Of a DNA stretch of 64,000 nucleotides, positions 25,234 through 39,212 are shown in pieces. The DNA is from Octopus vulgaris. Its lineage: Eukaryota. The position numbers and the translations under genes are program-made. Under the pieces are notes generated by a model. It saw only the letters and a list, made by a program, of their open reading frames with translations. It did not search any database and had not been told where the DNA came from. Positions within the stretch are counted from its first letter, which is position 1, and each line of letters starts with the position of its first letter. The stretch spans positions 16,058,001 through 16,122,000 of the forward strand of contig OX597840.1 in assembly GCA_951406725.2 (NCBI GenBank). The letters are read 5' to 3'.

Positions 25234-26270
25234 CCCTAAAGGATGAAAGGTAAAGTCGACCTCAGAACGTACAGACAGATCAAATACCACCAAGCATTTC
25301 GCCCAGCATGCTAACAACTCTGCCAGCTCCCTGCCTTAAAGATTTCCAAAATTAAGAAGAGTTAACAGTCTCTACAAGACTCTCACCACTACCAACACCA
25401 TTTATATCACACCTCCCTGCACCTATGTTCAAGCAGTGGTGTTGGTGGTAGAAGCAGCAGCAGCATCACCACCAGCAGCAGCAACATTTAGTAGTGACTG
25501 TAATTGCTCTAAAATTTCCAACACTATGAAGGGTTAAATGTCTACCTCTATCAGAACCATCATACCTCCCTGCATTCATGTCCTAGCAGTGGTGGTGGTG
25601 GTGGTGGTAGAAGTAGCAGCAAAAACATTTAGTAGTGATTATAATTATTCTAAAAATTCCAACATTATGAAGGGTTAAATGTCTCTGCCCCCTTCTAGCA
25701 CCATCACACCTCCCTGCACCCACGTAGTAGTAGTAGTAGTAATTTGTGGTTGTACTGTAAGATTTCAAATCTTAATGGAAGGAAATACCTGATAATTAAC
25801 AGATAATATTCAAACTGATCCCCCCACCTCCCCCTTAACATAGAAACATTGTTACATGCTTTAATGTCCTCAGTTGTTTCATATTAGAGTAAAAAAAAAA
25901 AAGAAAGAAATAGAGTAAACAAGCAAAAAACAACAAAACAAACAACAGCAAACAGACACAAGTCTGCAGTCAGTGAATGAGACGAATCAGTTGAAAACAT
26001 AAATGCTTGCAACAAAACAGGTGTGGCTGCGTGGTAAGAAGTTTGCTTTCCAACCACATGATTTCTGGTTCAGTTCCACTGCATGGCACCTTGGGCAAGT
26101 GTTTTCTACCATAGCTCCAAGCTGGTCGAAGCCTTGTGAGTGGATTTAGTTGAAGGAAACTGAAAGAAGCCTGTTGTATATATATATATATTTTGTGTAT
26201 GTTACTGAAAGAAGCCTGTTGTATATATATTTTGTGTATGTTACTGAAAGAAGCCTGTTAAATATATATA

Positions 26271-27075
26271 CAGGCACACCTCACCCTACATTGTTAATTG
26301 GTTCCAGGAGACACGACTTAAGTTGAATTAACTTGTCTCTAGGCTAGGCTAGGCCAAATTTACTTGTCTCCAGGCTGAACCAATAATAACCATTCCCAGT
26401 TCTGTACTTTATTTATGAATGCATTTTCAATAATACATGTTTAGTAAAAACCATGTGTGCTAAAATCTTGTCCTTATTATGTACAATCATCGATACATTT
26501 GTCCAACCCATCCCCAAAAATCATGCAACTGCAACCACTTCTTCACCTTTTGCAAGGCGTTTTATCATATCCAGTCCAGTGTTATAGCATGATTCTTAGC
26601 AGCTTCACTATGAATTTTCTTAGGATCCATGGGGACAAAAAAAAGTTACAAATGAATGAGAATAAGAAAGTAGCCGATAAACAGACGTACACAAATCTGA
26701 ATTGAAAATAATCGCAGGAATCATGAGTGACAATGACAGTGCAATATGAGCTCCAAAAAGACTGATAAGACAACTCAGCTGATTTCAGGATTTCGTTCAC
26801 TAAGCTACATTACTTTATGGTGTGTATCTTAACATTTACTGTACATGTTTTAATATGATTTTATACGCTTTTATTCTTATTTATTGTACAGTAATAGGAT
26901 TTTATGCGCTTTTAACGGTTTTCTAGTGATTTTACAATTCTAATATTTGTAGTGGACAGATGTAAAGTTGAGTAAAATGGCTTAACTTGATTTTTTTAAT
27001 TTTCCATATATTATTTTTAAAAACCAACATATAATCAAGAACAACAAATTGAGATGACTTAAGTTGAGGTATGCC

Positions 27076-27077
<2 letters not shown>
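26271..27077. mobile_element. Tigger/pogo-like non-autonomous DNA transposon
   Basis: TIRs CAGGCACACCTCA...TGAGGTATGCCTG, inserted in the (TA)n of a SINE. Confidence 0.7.
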
Positions 27078-27116
<39 letters not shown>

Positions 27117-27868
27117 TGTGTGTGTGTGTGCGTGTTACTGACACCCTGCTTTGACATTGTATGCTAGTTGTCATTGTCATGCAAACAGTGTTTTTGTTTC
27201 CTATCATGGGGAAATATTACTTGTTGCTGGAAGATTAGCAATAGGAAGGGCCTCTGGCCATAGAAAATCTACCGCAATAAAAAATTCCATCCAACCCAAG
27301 CAAGCATAGGAAAGTGAATGTTAAAATAATGAGGAGGAAGAGAAGGATGGGTGATACTTGAAACCAACAACCATTTGAGCAAATGCTGCAACTACAGAGA
27401 GTTGATTACACTGACCGACAGAGGGTGGTTGATGGAAGTTTATCGGACACCAAACAACCAGCCAAGAAAGCAGAAATTCAAATCTAATCAACAGCACTGT
27501 TATGGCTTAATTCTTATGTAGCCCAGTCTAACCAGCTGTAAAGAGGCATCAGACAACCAACCAAGAAGACAATAGTTCAGAATAAGACATTCTCGCTACT
27601 CTGTGACAGGAGCTAAGACAATTCTTGAACAGCCCAGTCTACCCAACTGTTAACAGGTACCAAATAACTATCTAAGCAGTGAAGAGTTCTGATCCAGTCA
27701 CTTGTGCTATATTGTGGTGGAGTCCTTAGCGCTGGATATTGCAAATTGATCCACAATAGGAATGAGAGAGAAAGAAAGAGAGAGAGAGTGTCAGACATGA
27801 CAAATCAATTATGTTGATTGTACGACAAAGGAAAGAAAGATAAAAAGAAACAAAACAATGGATCTTAC

Positions 27869-27988
27869 CACTGCATGATATCCACTATGATCACTGGATG
27901 ATTCCCCACATCCAATATAGTTGCAGTTGCCAACAAGACACAACCAGAGATTGGGAGGCTGTGCATGACAAGTGTGACATTCTTGTGC
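27869..27988 (-). CDS. USP20/USP33: USP20/33 coding exon 2 (zf-UBP core)
   Basis: ttcag|[40 protein letters not shown]|gtaag; the 'GCGE' variant is typical of the USP20/33 zf-UBP. Confidence 0.95.
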
Positions 27989-30900
27989 CTGAAAGAGAAA
28001 GAAAACATAGAAATATGAGTAATGAGAATAATAATAATAATGATTTCAAATTTTGGTACCAAGCCAACAAGTCCAGGGGAGGGGTTAAGTTGATTATATT
28101 GACCCCAGTGCTCAAATGGTCCTTTTTTATTGACCCCAAAGGGATGAAAAGCAAAGCCAACCTCAGCAGAATTTGAATACAGAACATAAAGACAAAATGC
28201 TGCTAAGCATTTTGCCCAGCATGCTAATGATCCTGCCAGTGCATCACCATGTGCAGGTAACCAAGGTAACCAAAACTGCATGAACAGTACATAGAATATG
28301 CACAGGAAGTGAACAGTGAATAAGTTGTTAAAAAAATCAAAACAGGGGTGGAGGTATCAGGAAGCATGGAAGTTTTAAAGGACATAGAATACTGACAGCT
28401 AACAAGTGACAAACTGAGATATACATCAAAGATATATCTTTGATCTTCCTGTGCCTCAAGTCATTTCATATAACAGGAACCCTTTCAGAGGACAGGATGA
28501 CAGCAGATATGATCATTATTCTTGAATTAATTAATTTTCTTATCAACATATGAAGCATACAAACTGAGCTGTTCAGTAGCTGGTTGGGCATGCAGATAGT
28601 GGCTACCAAATGCTGAGAGATCAAGTCTGTCTTTCAGCCTTTGGTACAGGAGAGTGGGGGCAGTTAGTGAAATTACCAAATGAGTCAATTTAATTGGTTA
28701 TCCTCCTCCATATTTCTTTGTAGTTGGTGTCTATATATCAATGTTCTTGGAAACAGCATGAAAACCATCCACTTATCCATTCTTTCACCTATCCTTGAAG
28801 GCTAACAAATTTGAGGATCTTGGAAAATAGGGGGAGGAGCTCATCATCATCACCACCATTTAACATATGTTTTCCATACTGGCATGGTTGGACAGTTCAA
28901 CAGGAGCCAGCCAACCAGAGAGTTGTATCATGCTCCAATATCTGCTTCGACAGTTTCTGTGGCTGGATGCCCTTCCAAATGCTAAACACACTACAGTGTG
29001 TACCAGATGGTTTTTACTTGGCAGTGGCATCCATGTGGTTATCAGGTAACTCACAAGACAAAAACCCATAAATGGGGTGGGGATGGGGAGTAGCCTTGGG
29101 AAAGCTGGCTTTATGCCATGTGTTGAGGGGCTAAGACATGATCGAAGAACAGAAAGCAGTATCTTGCTGCAGCAGAGATGCATGGATGGTGGTGAAGATG
29201 TGTCAGGCATACCCTCAATTTACAGGAGGGTGGATATAAAAGAAGTGTAACAGAGGACTGGACTGGGTAAATGAGTAGGTAAGTTCATAAGAGTATGGAA
29301 GGAGAGTGACAGATGGACAGAGATGAGGATAGAGGAGGATGCAGTGAGGGGTGAACATGGGTGGTTGTGCGATCAATTGTGAATATCAAATGGAGGAGAT
29401 ATAATAAGTGTTTAATTTAGAATGACTTGTAACTAAACAATAGGTAACAGTTTATCTTTTACTTGTTTCAGTCACGCCAGGACACTGACTTGAAAGGCCC
29501 AGTCAAACTGACCCCAGTAGCCATATTCCAAAGCCTGGTACCCATTCAATCAGTCTCCTCCACCAAACAAACCTACACCGGCTGTCAAATGGTGGAAGGG
29601 GACACATACACACATAAGAGGAAGAGTGAGTCAAGGAGGTAACAGATGTTAGGGAGATAATAAATAATGTGAAGTATGTGGAGGAGTGAGGTGGAAGAGA
29701 GATGCCCAGTGCCAGGAATGAAGTTAGAGGAGATAGAAAACACTAGTTTTTTTATTTACATTTTTTCTAACCTTTCAGCTTTGAAAATTTGAAAGACCCC
29801 CGCCCAAAAAAAAAACAATGTGTCACCAAGTCAAAAAGATCGTGAATTGCTCTATGTGGGTAACATCACCTTGAAGGTGTAACACATGAATCTTTTCTAA
29901 ACCCCACCTTACTGCTTTATAAAAGGACATAGAGGCTTTGGAACACTGTGTCCCTGAGGAGGTGGGGAGAAACAGACAGGGTATTCAAAGCTGACCCAGG
30001 ACTCAACAGAAAAAAAAAGAAAGAAACCCACAGAAAACATAACAAAAGCCTGAAGATGATGAAGCAGTATATATATTCCATAACTTCATCAAGTTGTTTA
30101 CTCATTAAGAGACCTCTCACTGAATAAATTATTGATTCAACTTCAGCTATTTACTCACAAAGAGTACATTTAAATAACATCGCCTGGAATAAATAAGTTT
30201 GTTTGACAGGTCATTGTTCTATTGTAAAAGCTGTGTCAATGAATAATAGATTTAGGTCATTGCTGCCAACACAGCTAAATGATAGAACTTCAACCAACAA
30301 GGGAACTAAGTCACAACATCACAGCTTTTCAAATGAGGATATCTATGTGCACCAGAGACATTTTTAAAATACAACTTGGGGTTTTAGAAAATCCATGCTT
30401 GATACCTTGAGTATCCTGTAAAAGATGTTATTTATAATTACATGTGATTAAAAAAAGTAGATATGGCTATGTAGGTAAGAAGCTCTTTTCTCAGTCACAT
30501 GGGTTCAGGTTCAATCCTACCACATGGTACTTTGGGCAAGTGCCTTTTTTTTGTGTGACACTAGGATGAGCAAGGTCTTATAAACGAATATGGTAGACAG
30601 AGATAGCAAGAAGCTACAGTCACAAAATGTCACCATTCGTAGTTTTGCAGCTGGGTTTCAACTGGTGACATTTGTTCACATTGTCTATCAACAAGGAATC
30701 AGTTAACTCTGTGTTTTCAGATTCCTCTAGAATACAAAAAAAAAATGTCCCTTACTTGAAAACCAGTTATGGTAAGGGTTGGTGACAGGAAGAACATCTG
30801 GCTATAAAAATCCTACCTCTTATTCTATCCCTTTCTTCTCATACTAGCATGAAAACAGACATTAAACAAACACAATAAATAAACAGGTAAGCAAGAATTT

Positions 30901-31385
30901 ATTTATTTTTCCTTAAATTTTTGACTTGAAAGCATCATTTATTTCCTATGTAACTTCTCTATGTGAAACTTACCAGTAATTTCTTCATCTCCAGCTTGTC
31001 ATCAAGTCAAAAACATTGAAAGACACTGCTGCACATGTATGCATGAACATACTGGAAATAACATTCTTAAATCATCATTATCACCAGACTGAAGACTGGT
31101 GAACCAAATGGCTGCACCAGGCTCCAATCTCAATCTGGCAGAGTTTCTACAGCTGGATGCCCTTCCTAACACCAACCACTCCGAGAGTGTAGTGGGTGCT
31201 TTTACGTGCCACCGGCATGAAGGCCGGTCAGGCGGTACTGGCAGTCAGGCAAAGCACTTGGAGGCCTCCTCACTAGCTTGTGATGGTATGAGAAATATTG
31301 TTTGTTGATAAAATGGTTTTTACAGCTAGACTAACGACTTTCCTACTCCCAATTTTTTTTCTTTTTATATTGTGAAGTTATTTAA

Positions 31386-31783
31386 CCCTTTTGATACCAA
31401 CCACCTGAAACTGCCCAAGGCTCTATGACAAACTTATTGTTTCAAAAAGGTCTAAATTATGATCTTCCTTCAAAATTTTTCGATAAATTGTTCCAGGCCC
31501 CAGTTTAATAATGCAAAAGTTATTTTACTAAATTCTTCATTATTTTAAAAATTAATTGAAACAGTAACAAAAGGGTTAACATTTTAGCAGTCAGATTACT
31601 GTCAAGATATATTATTCACATTTTGAATTAGTCATGGCTTATCTGGTAGCTTTGTGATTTCAACGATATGTCTATCTTTAGAATGACATAGTAGGGTAAG
31701 TAGGAGAGGTTGGAGCTGGCTGGCTTGAACATAAAACAGGAAGAATATCTGAGCTGGATATAGCTGGTTTAAAAGCTAAAGGG
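31386..31783. mobile_element. two adjacent piggyBac-like MITEs sharing one TTAA
   Basis: TTAA-CCCTTTTGATAC...GTAACAAAAGGG-TTAA (31386-31575), then a second family ending GCTAAAGGG; other copies of the second family at ~13150-13370, 13580-13796, 23790-24013, 36580-36782. Confidence 0.7.
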
Positions 31784-31839
31784 TGAAGAGGGCTATGCCT
31801 GTCACTCTTTATCAGGACCTTGGGGAATGGTAGATGGAA

Positions 31840-32200
31840 GTTCTAATATTCTCAGACTGTGGCAGTGAGACATGGACAATGACCACTGAGGACATGCAAA
31901 AGCTTGAAAGGAATAAAGCTAGCAAGCTCTGCTGGATGGGGAATATCAGTGTGCATGTACAAGAGAATGTAAGTGATCTGAGAGAAAAATTGGGTATTTA
32001 GGCATCAGGTGTAGTGTGCAAGACAGAAGACTGTGCTGATATAGTCATGTGATGTATATGAATGAAGAGGGTTGCATCAAGAGGTGCTGATCTCTAATTG
32101 TGGAAGGAAGATGTGGAAGGGGTACACCTACGAAGATATGGGACAAAGAGGTGAGAAAGGATCTTCAGAAGGTGGGCCTCACGGAGGAGATGACAGCGGG
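31840..32200 (+). mobile_element. RTE-like LINE 3' ORF fragment
   Basis: TWTMTTEDMQKLERN...EGRCGRGTP.KIWD..VRKDL; similar fragments at ~4470-4720, 23290-23460, 37980-38060, 43000-43210. Confidence 0.6.
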
Positions 32201-33054
32201 GAAGTACTGGAGAGAACACGTCAAGCTAAGTAAAATCGTGACCATCTATACATACAAGCAGGACTCCTACATCCCTCTGGGAGCTGGAACCATGTAAAAG
32301 CACCCATGCTAGTGCCGTGTAAATAGTGTCCAGTACACTCTGTAAAGTGGTTAATGTTAGGAAGGGCATCCAGCTGTAGAAACCATGCCAAAGCAAACAG
32401 AGCCCAGGCTGATCAGCTCCAGTCAAACTATCCAACCCACACCAGTATGAAGAACAGACGTTAAATGATGATAATGGTGATGATGTACACCTATTTTGCA
32501 TGCTTACATCAAGGACTCTGTTAAAAGGAAAAGATGATGATGCTCAACCAGGTGAACATATTAAATGAACCCTTAAAAAAACAGCTACAGAGTACTTCCA
32601 CAGTCCCCATCTAGCAATGCCAGTCAGGAGAGGAGGTCAATGAGAGGGTTAGGGGAGAAAATATTTGGTCAATAGTACCAGACATGCTACATAGGGACAG
32701 AGCTGGGTGCTTCTCAGGAGAACACAATAACATAAAAAGATTTTAAGTGATTAGTAGATCTCCTAACAGTTAACTATCAGCAATTGTATTTAACATTAAA
32801 ACAAATAATTATTATTATTAATACGGTGAGCTGTTAGAATTGTTAACATGCCAGTCGAAATGCTTAGCAGTATTTAGTCCGTCTTCATGTTCTGAGTGCA
32901 AATTCCGCTGGGGTCTAATTTGTCTTTTATCCTTACGGAGTCAATAAAATAAGTACCAGTGAAATGCTGGGGTCAATGTAATCAACTTACTTACTCCTCC
33001 GAGGTTGTTGGCCTTGAGCCAAAATTTGAAACTATTATTATTATCATTGTTATT

Positions 33055-33608
33055 AGTGAGTGAGGGAGCAATGCATGCCATCAAAATAACACTGAGGTAA
33101 AATATATGAAGCCCAGAATACCCATCATGACTACCCATCTGATAAGGGTATACCAATTACACGCATCACAACCATATGTGCACGACATGGTGATCTCAAA
33201 GCAAAATAAACAGTGCATGACCTTACAGATGGGGCCCAGTTTGAATTTTCGTCAGGTCGAGTGGGCCATCCCGCTCAAAAGGTCCCTGAATAAGGGTTGT
33301 TTAAGGATGTTGAACGACACACTTATGTTTCCAGAGGTGAATTATCCAAACCCCAAAGAATTCTTCTCAACACCTGGCTTTGATGCTAATTTCTGCTCGT
33401 GATCAGAGATGCACATATCGTCAGCCACCAAGGAATATGCTCAACTGGTTAAGGCCAAACAACTGACAAGCAAATTTGTGGTGTTGAGCAGAATATTTGT
33501 TGTAGCCCATCTTTTACACCAAGACAAAACAATGTACATGATAACACTTCCAATCATTTAAGATCAGTAACCGTGAGAGCCACTGCCTGGTACTACATCA
33601 GGGCATTG
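33055..33608 (-). repeat. unclassified ~560-bp interspersed repeat; second copy on + at 16573-17378
   Basis: collinear reverse-complement similarity over the whole length; (AAT)n-flanked. Confidence 0.75.
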
Positions 33609-33609
33609 G

Positions 33610-35220
33610 AGACCAAGCTGACAGAATAGTAAGCATGCTGGAAAAAACACTTAATAGCAAATTCCAAAGTCAACTTTGCCTTTTATCCTTTCAAGGCTGA
33701 TCCCAGTACTCAACTGATACAAAATTTCAGGGCTTGTGTCTATTAGTAGAAAGAATTATTAAAGTGGTCAGCTGGTAGAATCAATGGAGTATAGCAGAAT
33801 ATGCTTTGCAGCATTTCTTTCAGCTTCCTACATTTGGAGTTCAAATCTTGCTGAGGTCAACTTCTTTGTTCTTTTGGGGAAATCAATAAAATAAAATACC
33901 AGTCATATACTGAGATCAATGTTCAAACTGCATATGAATCAGAGCAATGTCACTAACCTGTCAAAACTCCTACCCTTCAAAATTTCAAGCCTTGTGCCTA
34001 AATCAGAAACCATTATTATTATTTTTATTATTATTTAAGGCAGCGAGCTGGGCAAAATGCTTAGCGGTATTTCACCCATCACTATGTTCTGAGTTCAAAT
34101 TCTGTCAAAGTTCGGGGTCGAATAAAATAGATACCAGTTGAACACTGGGATCAATGTAATCAACTCATCCCCTTCCCCAAAATTGCTGCCCTTGTGGCAA
34201 AATTTGAAACCGTTATTATTGTTTCTTTATTGCCCACAAGGAGCTAAACATAGAGGGGACAAACAAGGACAAAGGGATTAAGTCAATTACATCAACCCCA
34301 GTGCACAACTGGTACTTATTTAATCGACCCCGAAAGGATGAAAGTCAACGTCGACCTTGGCGGAATTTGAACTCAGAACGTAGTGGCAGACGAAATACTG
34401 CTAAGCATTTCACCTGGCATGCTAACGATTCTGCCAGCTCGCCTTATTATTATTATTATTATTAAGCTGGCAGAATTGTTAGTGCACTGAGCAAGATGCT
34501 TGGCAGCATTTTATCTATCCTTACATTCAGAGCTCAAATTCCACCAAAGTCAACTTTGCTTTCATCTTTTCGGTGTCAATGAAATAAGTACCAGTGCATT
34601 ACTGGAATTGATGTAATCGACTGCCCCTTCCCCAGCAAAATTTCAGGCCTTGTGCTTATAATAGAAATTATTACTATTATTATTATCATCATTGCAAGTT
34701 AATAGAATCATTAGCATGCAGACAAAATGCTTGGTAGCATTTCGTTCATCTTTATATGTTCTGAGTTCAAATTCTACCAAGGTTCACTTTGCCTTTCATC
34801 CTTTTGGTGGGGGTCAATAAATTAAGCATCAGTTAAGTACCGAAGACAATGTAATCAACTAATCCCCGCCCACTCACCTGAAATTCCTTGTCTTGTGCCA
34901 AAATTTGAATACAACATTATTATTATTATCATTAAGGCAGCCAGCTGGCAGAATTGTTAGCACGCCAGGCAAAATGCTTAGCAGTATTTCGCCCATCACT
35001 CTGTTCTGAGTTCAAATTCCACCAAGGTCAACTTTACCTTTCATCCTGAGTCGATAAATTAAGTACCTGTTGCATACTGGGATCGATCTAATTGACTGGC
35101 CCCCTCCCCCAAAATTTTGAGCTTGTGCCTAGAGTAGAAAAGATTATTATTATTATCATCATCATCATTATTATCACCATCATTATCATCATCATCATCA
35201 TCATTATTATTACTACTACA
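33610..35220 (+). repeat. large SINE cluster (about 7 copies, one inverted at 34222-34445)
   Basis: repeated head/body with (ATT)n/(ATC)n linkers. Confidence 0.8.
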
Positions 35221-37527
35221 ACCATATGTTATTATGCAATTTGGTATATATTAGTATATATTGATTCATTTTTAATTGTGTTTTGTTGTTCCTGCACTTT
35301 TAATGTTGGAATTTAGGTCTAGGTTACATGGAGAATACATTGAACTAAATGAATTATTAATAATTAGGCTAGACTGAAGTATTATTGTGTGTGTTCAGTC
35401 AGAGAAGGCGAGACAGTCAAGTTTTGACAGGTTAGTGACATTGCTCTGATTCATATGCAGTTTGAACATTTGGAGAGAGTACCTGAGCAAGGGGTACAAT
35501 TCCATAGGATGAAATAACTGACGGTGGGGAAACTATTTTTTGTTCTTTAGTAGTTTCAGGTCAAGAGCTGTGGTCATGCTGGAGCACAGATGTTGGAAAT
35601 AAGTTGATATTGGTTTCAAATTTTGACATAGGGTCAGCAACTTCAGTTGATTACATCAACCCCAGTACACAACTAGAAGATACTTGCCCAAGGTGCCACA
35701 CAGTGGGACTGAACCCAGAATGATGTGACTGGGAAGCAAGCTTCATGATTAATCAAGAAGAGGGGTACAGTGACCTTGATTTTTGCAGCCCCTACCAGAT
35801 TATTTGTTTGACCATCTGTAGAGGAAATATAGACAAGTGAAGCAACTCCAGGGAAGGATTGGTGAAAATATTTAAGTATTTAGTCTGCAATATGATATCC
35901 GTTTCATAAATGTCATAAAATTCAAATAACCAAGAAAAAAACGCAAGTTCAAATTCTGCTGAGGTCAACTTTGCCTTTCATCTTTTCGGTGTCAATGAAA
36001 TAAGTACCAGTTGAGCACTATGGTCAGTGTAATTGACTTAGCCCCACTCTTTGAAATTGCAAGCCTTGTGCCAAAATTTGAAACCAATATGGACATGTTT
36101 CTAATGGCTGTGCCCAAGCATGGCCACAGCTCAAGCTGAAGCTGGTAAAGAAAAAGAAAAGTAAAAGAATGAAATCATTAAAATAAAATCAATAATTGAA
36201 GTAATTGTTGGGAGTGAAATCAAACTGACTAAATCCAGGGATTCTGTAGGTTATGAGAGACTACATATGAATATCTAGAATGTTCCTCTTGACAGTGTAG
36301 GTTGAGGCAGGACTAGCATTTGCCTAGGCAGCAAGTCACCCACCTCCATGCCAGAAACACTGTCCAAGAGTAAGGTCACATCTGATACAGCTTGGGGGTG
36401 GGGGGTGGCAGTCAGGTCATCAGAGGAAGTGCCATCAGACCACAAGCAGTCACAGTAATATTGTAAGGTGTCTCATCTGACATTGTAACAATGCCATCAG
36501 CTCATTGCTCTGGAATGGAACTTTATCTATTGGGCCCCAAAAGGATCAAAGGAAAAGTTGATTCCGGCAATATTTGGTACACAGATTATTCTGTCAAATG
36601 TTATTTTTTTTTTTTATTCACTTTGTTTTGAATTAATCATGCATTATCTCATAGCTTTGAGATTTCAATGATGTGATTGTTGATTTATACAATGACATAT
36701 TAGGATAGGTGTGAGAGGCCAGAGTTTGAACATAAAACAATATTTTGGTCCGGTGTAGCTGGTTTAAACACTAAAGGGTTAAACTCAAACCACAGAGAAC
36801 AGGAATAAGCGCAACAAGGTCAACACTGTTATGTCCAACAGCTCCTTACTTGAACCAATTAAAATAGAAAGAAATAAAAAGGAATTTCTCCATATTTTCA
36901 ATTCAACAGTAAATAAAATTAATAGTATTAGACATTATAAAAACCAATTTATGATAGACACAAAAAAAAGCAACTCATAGTTATCTCCCTGTTTTGAAAT
37001 TTATGACAGTGGAAGAAAAGCAGTATCCATAACATATTTTGTGGTACCTCAGAGACTGAAAGGCAATGGATTAAGCCAACATCATCATTTAACATCTGTT
37101 TTCCAGGTTGGCATGGGTTGGATGGTTTGTCTGAAAACTGGTAAGCCAGAGAGCTGCACCAGGTTCCAATCTGATTGGCAAGATTGCTATAGCTGGATGC
37201 CCTTCCTAATGCCAACCAATCCGAGACTCTGGTGGGTGTTCTTTACGTGCCACCAGCATGGGTGCCATTGACTTGACAGGTCTACACAAGCACGGTCTCC
37301 GTCACCGCCTCCATGAGGCCCAACGCTTGAACGGTGATTTTTACGTACCAGTCAGACAGCACATTTGATTTGCAACAGAAAGAAATGGTGCATCAAAACA
37401 CTGAGTTTATTCTAAGTGTGTGTAGTGTTTTCTGCTATGCATATGTAGTGTTTTCTCATGTGTGTCTTGTATGTGGTGCATGTTTTCTCCTATGTAAGTA
37501 GTGTCTTCGATATGCATGTTTTCTATA

Positions 37528-37661
37528 AGTGTGTGTGAGTGAGTGAGTGAGTGAGTGAGTGAGAGAGAGAGAGAGTGAGTGAGAGAGAGAGAGAGAGAGA
37601 GAGAGTGAGAGAGTGAGAGTGAGAGAGAGAGAGTGAGAGAGAGAGAGTGAGTGAGAGAGAG
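37528..37661. repeat. (GT)/(GAGT)/(GA)n microsatellite
   Basis: read directly. Confidence 0.9.
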
Positions 37662-39212
37662 TTAGCTTTCTCCAGTGTTAAGAACTGGGTATTTTCTCAT
37701 GTGTGGCTTGGCATTTTCTCCCTATCTGCAAGAACCATCATCAACAAGATTTTAGTTCAACATTCATCTTTGGTGGGAGGGAGAGTTACCATGGTAAATT
37801 AGTGGTGGTATTTGCATGAATAAACCCACAACCCCATACTGATTATGCAATGTAAACAAAAGGTGCACAAAAGATGCAGTGAGATGCAAAGCAGGCTGAA
37901 AGAGAAGAAGGTGCACATAAGCAACAGATATACAGAAGTAATTAGAAAAAGAGTATCACTGAAATGTAATATTGTAACTGATTGTACTTAGAAGGGGTTG
38001 ACAGGGTCTGTTACCTAGGCAACAGATTCAGCAGTGGGAGTGAGTGTTGTAAAAATAGAGCGATTAAAATTATAACAATGAATAGGAGCAGACATGGCTG
38101 GGTGGTAAGAAGCTTGCTTCCCAACCACATGGTTCCAGGTGGATTTGGTAGATGGAAACTGAAAAGAAGTTCACTATGTGTGTGTGCATCTTTGTGTCTG
38201 TATGTCCCCCACCACTTGACAACTGTTGTTGGTGTGCTTACATTCCTGTAACTTAGCAGTTCAGAAAAAGAAACTAATAGAATAAATACCAGACTTTAAA
38301 AAAATTTTTTTAAAGGTACTGGGTTTAATTCATTTGACTAAAAGGTTTTCAAGGTGGTGCCCCAGCATGGCCAGTTAAATGACTGAAACAAGTAACAGAT
38401 ATAAAAAAATTAAGATTTACATAGGAACCAGAGGTACAAGGGGGAACTATTACCTATGCTGGCAATAAAAGGTTTCCATCTTCAAGTGAAGAATGATTAC
38501 AATATCACACTTTGCTTGTAGGCAAAGTGTAGGATTACATGGTGGTGAGATATGGATGTTGAATGCAGAGGATGTGCAAAAGATGAAAAAAGAGAAAAGG
38601 AAAAAAAAAAGGCAATACCGATTCCTGAGGGATTAGAATATAGATCGACAAATGTGAATAGTAGAAAATATTCAATGTGTGTCTCTCATCTGTGAGAACT
38701 CAGAACTGGTTAAAGAGTATATTAGTGATATGACAGTGTTAATAATAATCCTTTCTACTACAGGCACACCATCATCATCATTGTCATTTAACGTCCTCCT
38801 TCCATTCTGGAATGGGTTGAATGGTTTCACCAAAACTGGCCAAGCAGAAAACTGCATCAGAATTCTATGTCTGTTTTGGCACGGTTTTTATAGCTGGATG
38901 CCTTTCCTAACACCAATCACCAACAGAGTGGACTGAGTGCATTTTATGTGGCACCAACACAAGCAAGATCTGTTTTGGCATGGATTTTACAGCTGGATGC
39001 CTAACACCAACCACTTTACAAGGTGGACTGGATGTTTTTTTGTTTTTTTTTACATGGCAACAGCATTGGTAGGATCACTGAGTAACTCACAAGCAAAAGA
39101 TCCTTTGAGAGGGGTGGAGCATTGAAAGAAGCGGCCTTGAGTCAATGGGAATGAATATGTAGAACTGCATAAAAAATACACAGCCTTCCAACAGTCATAT
39201 AAACACAAGCAA

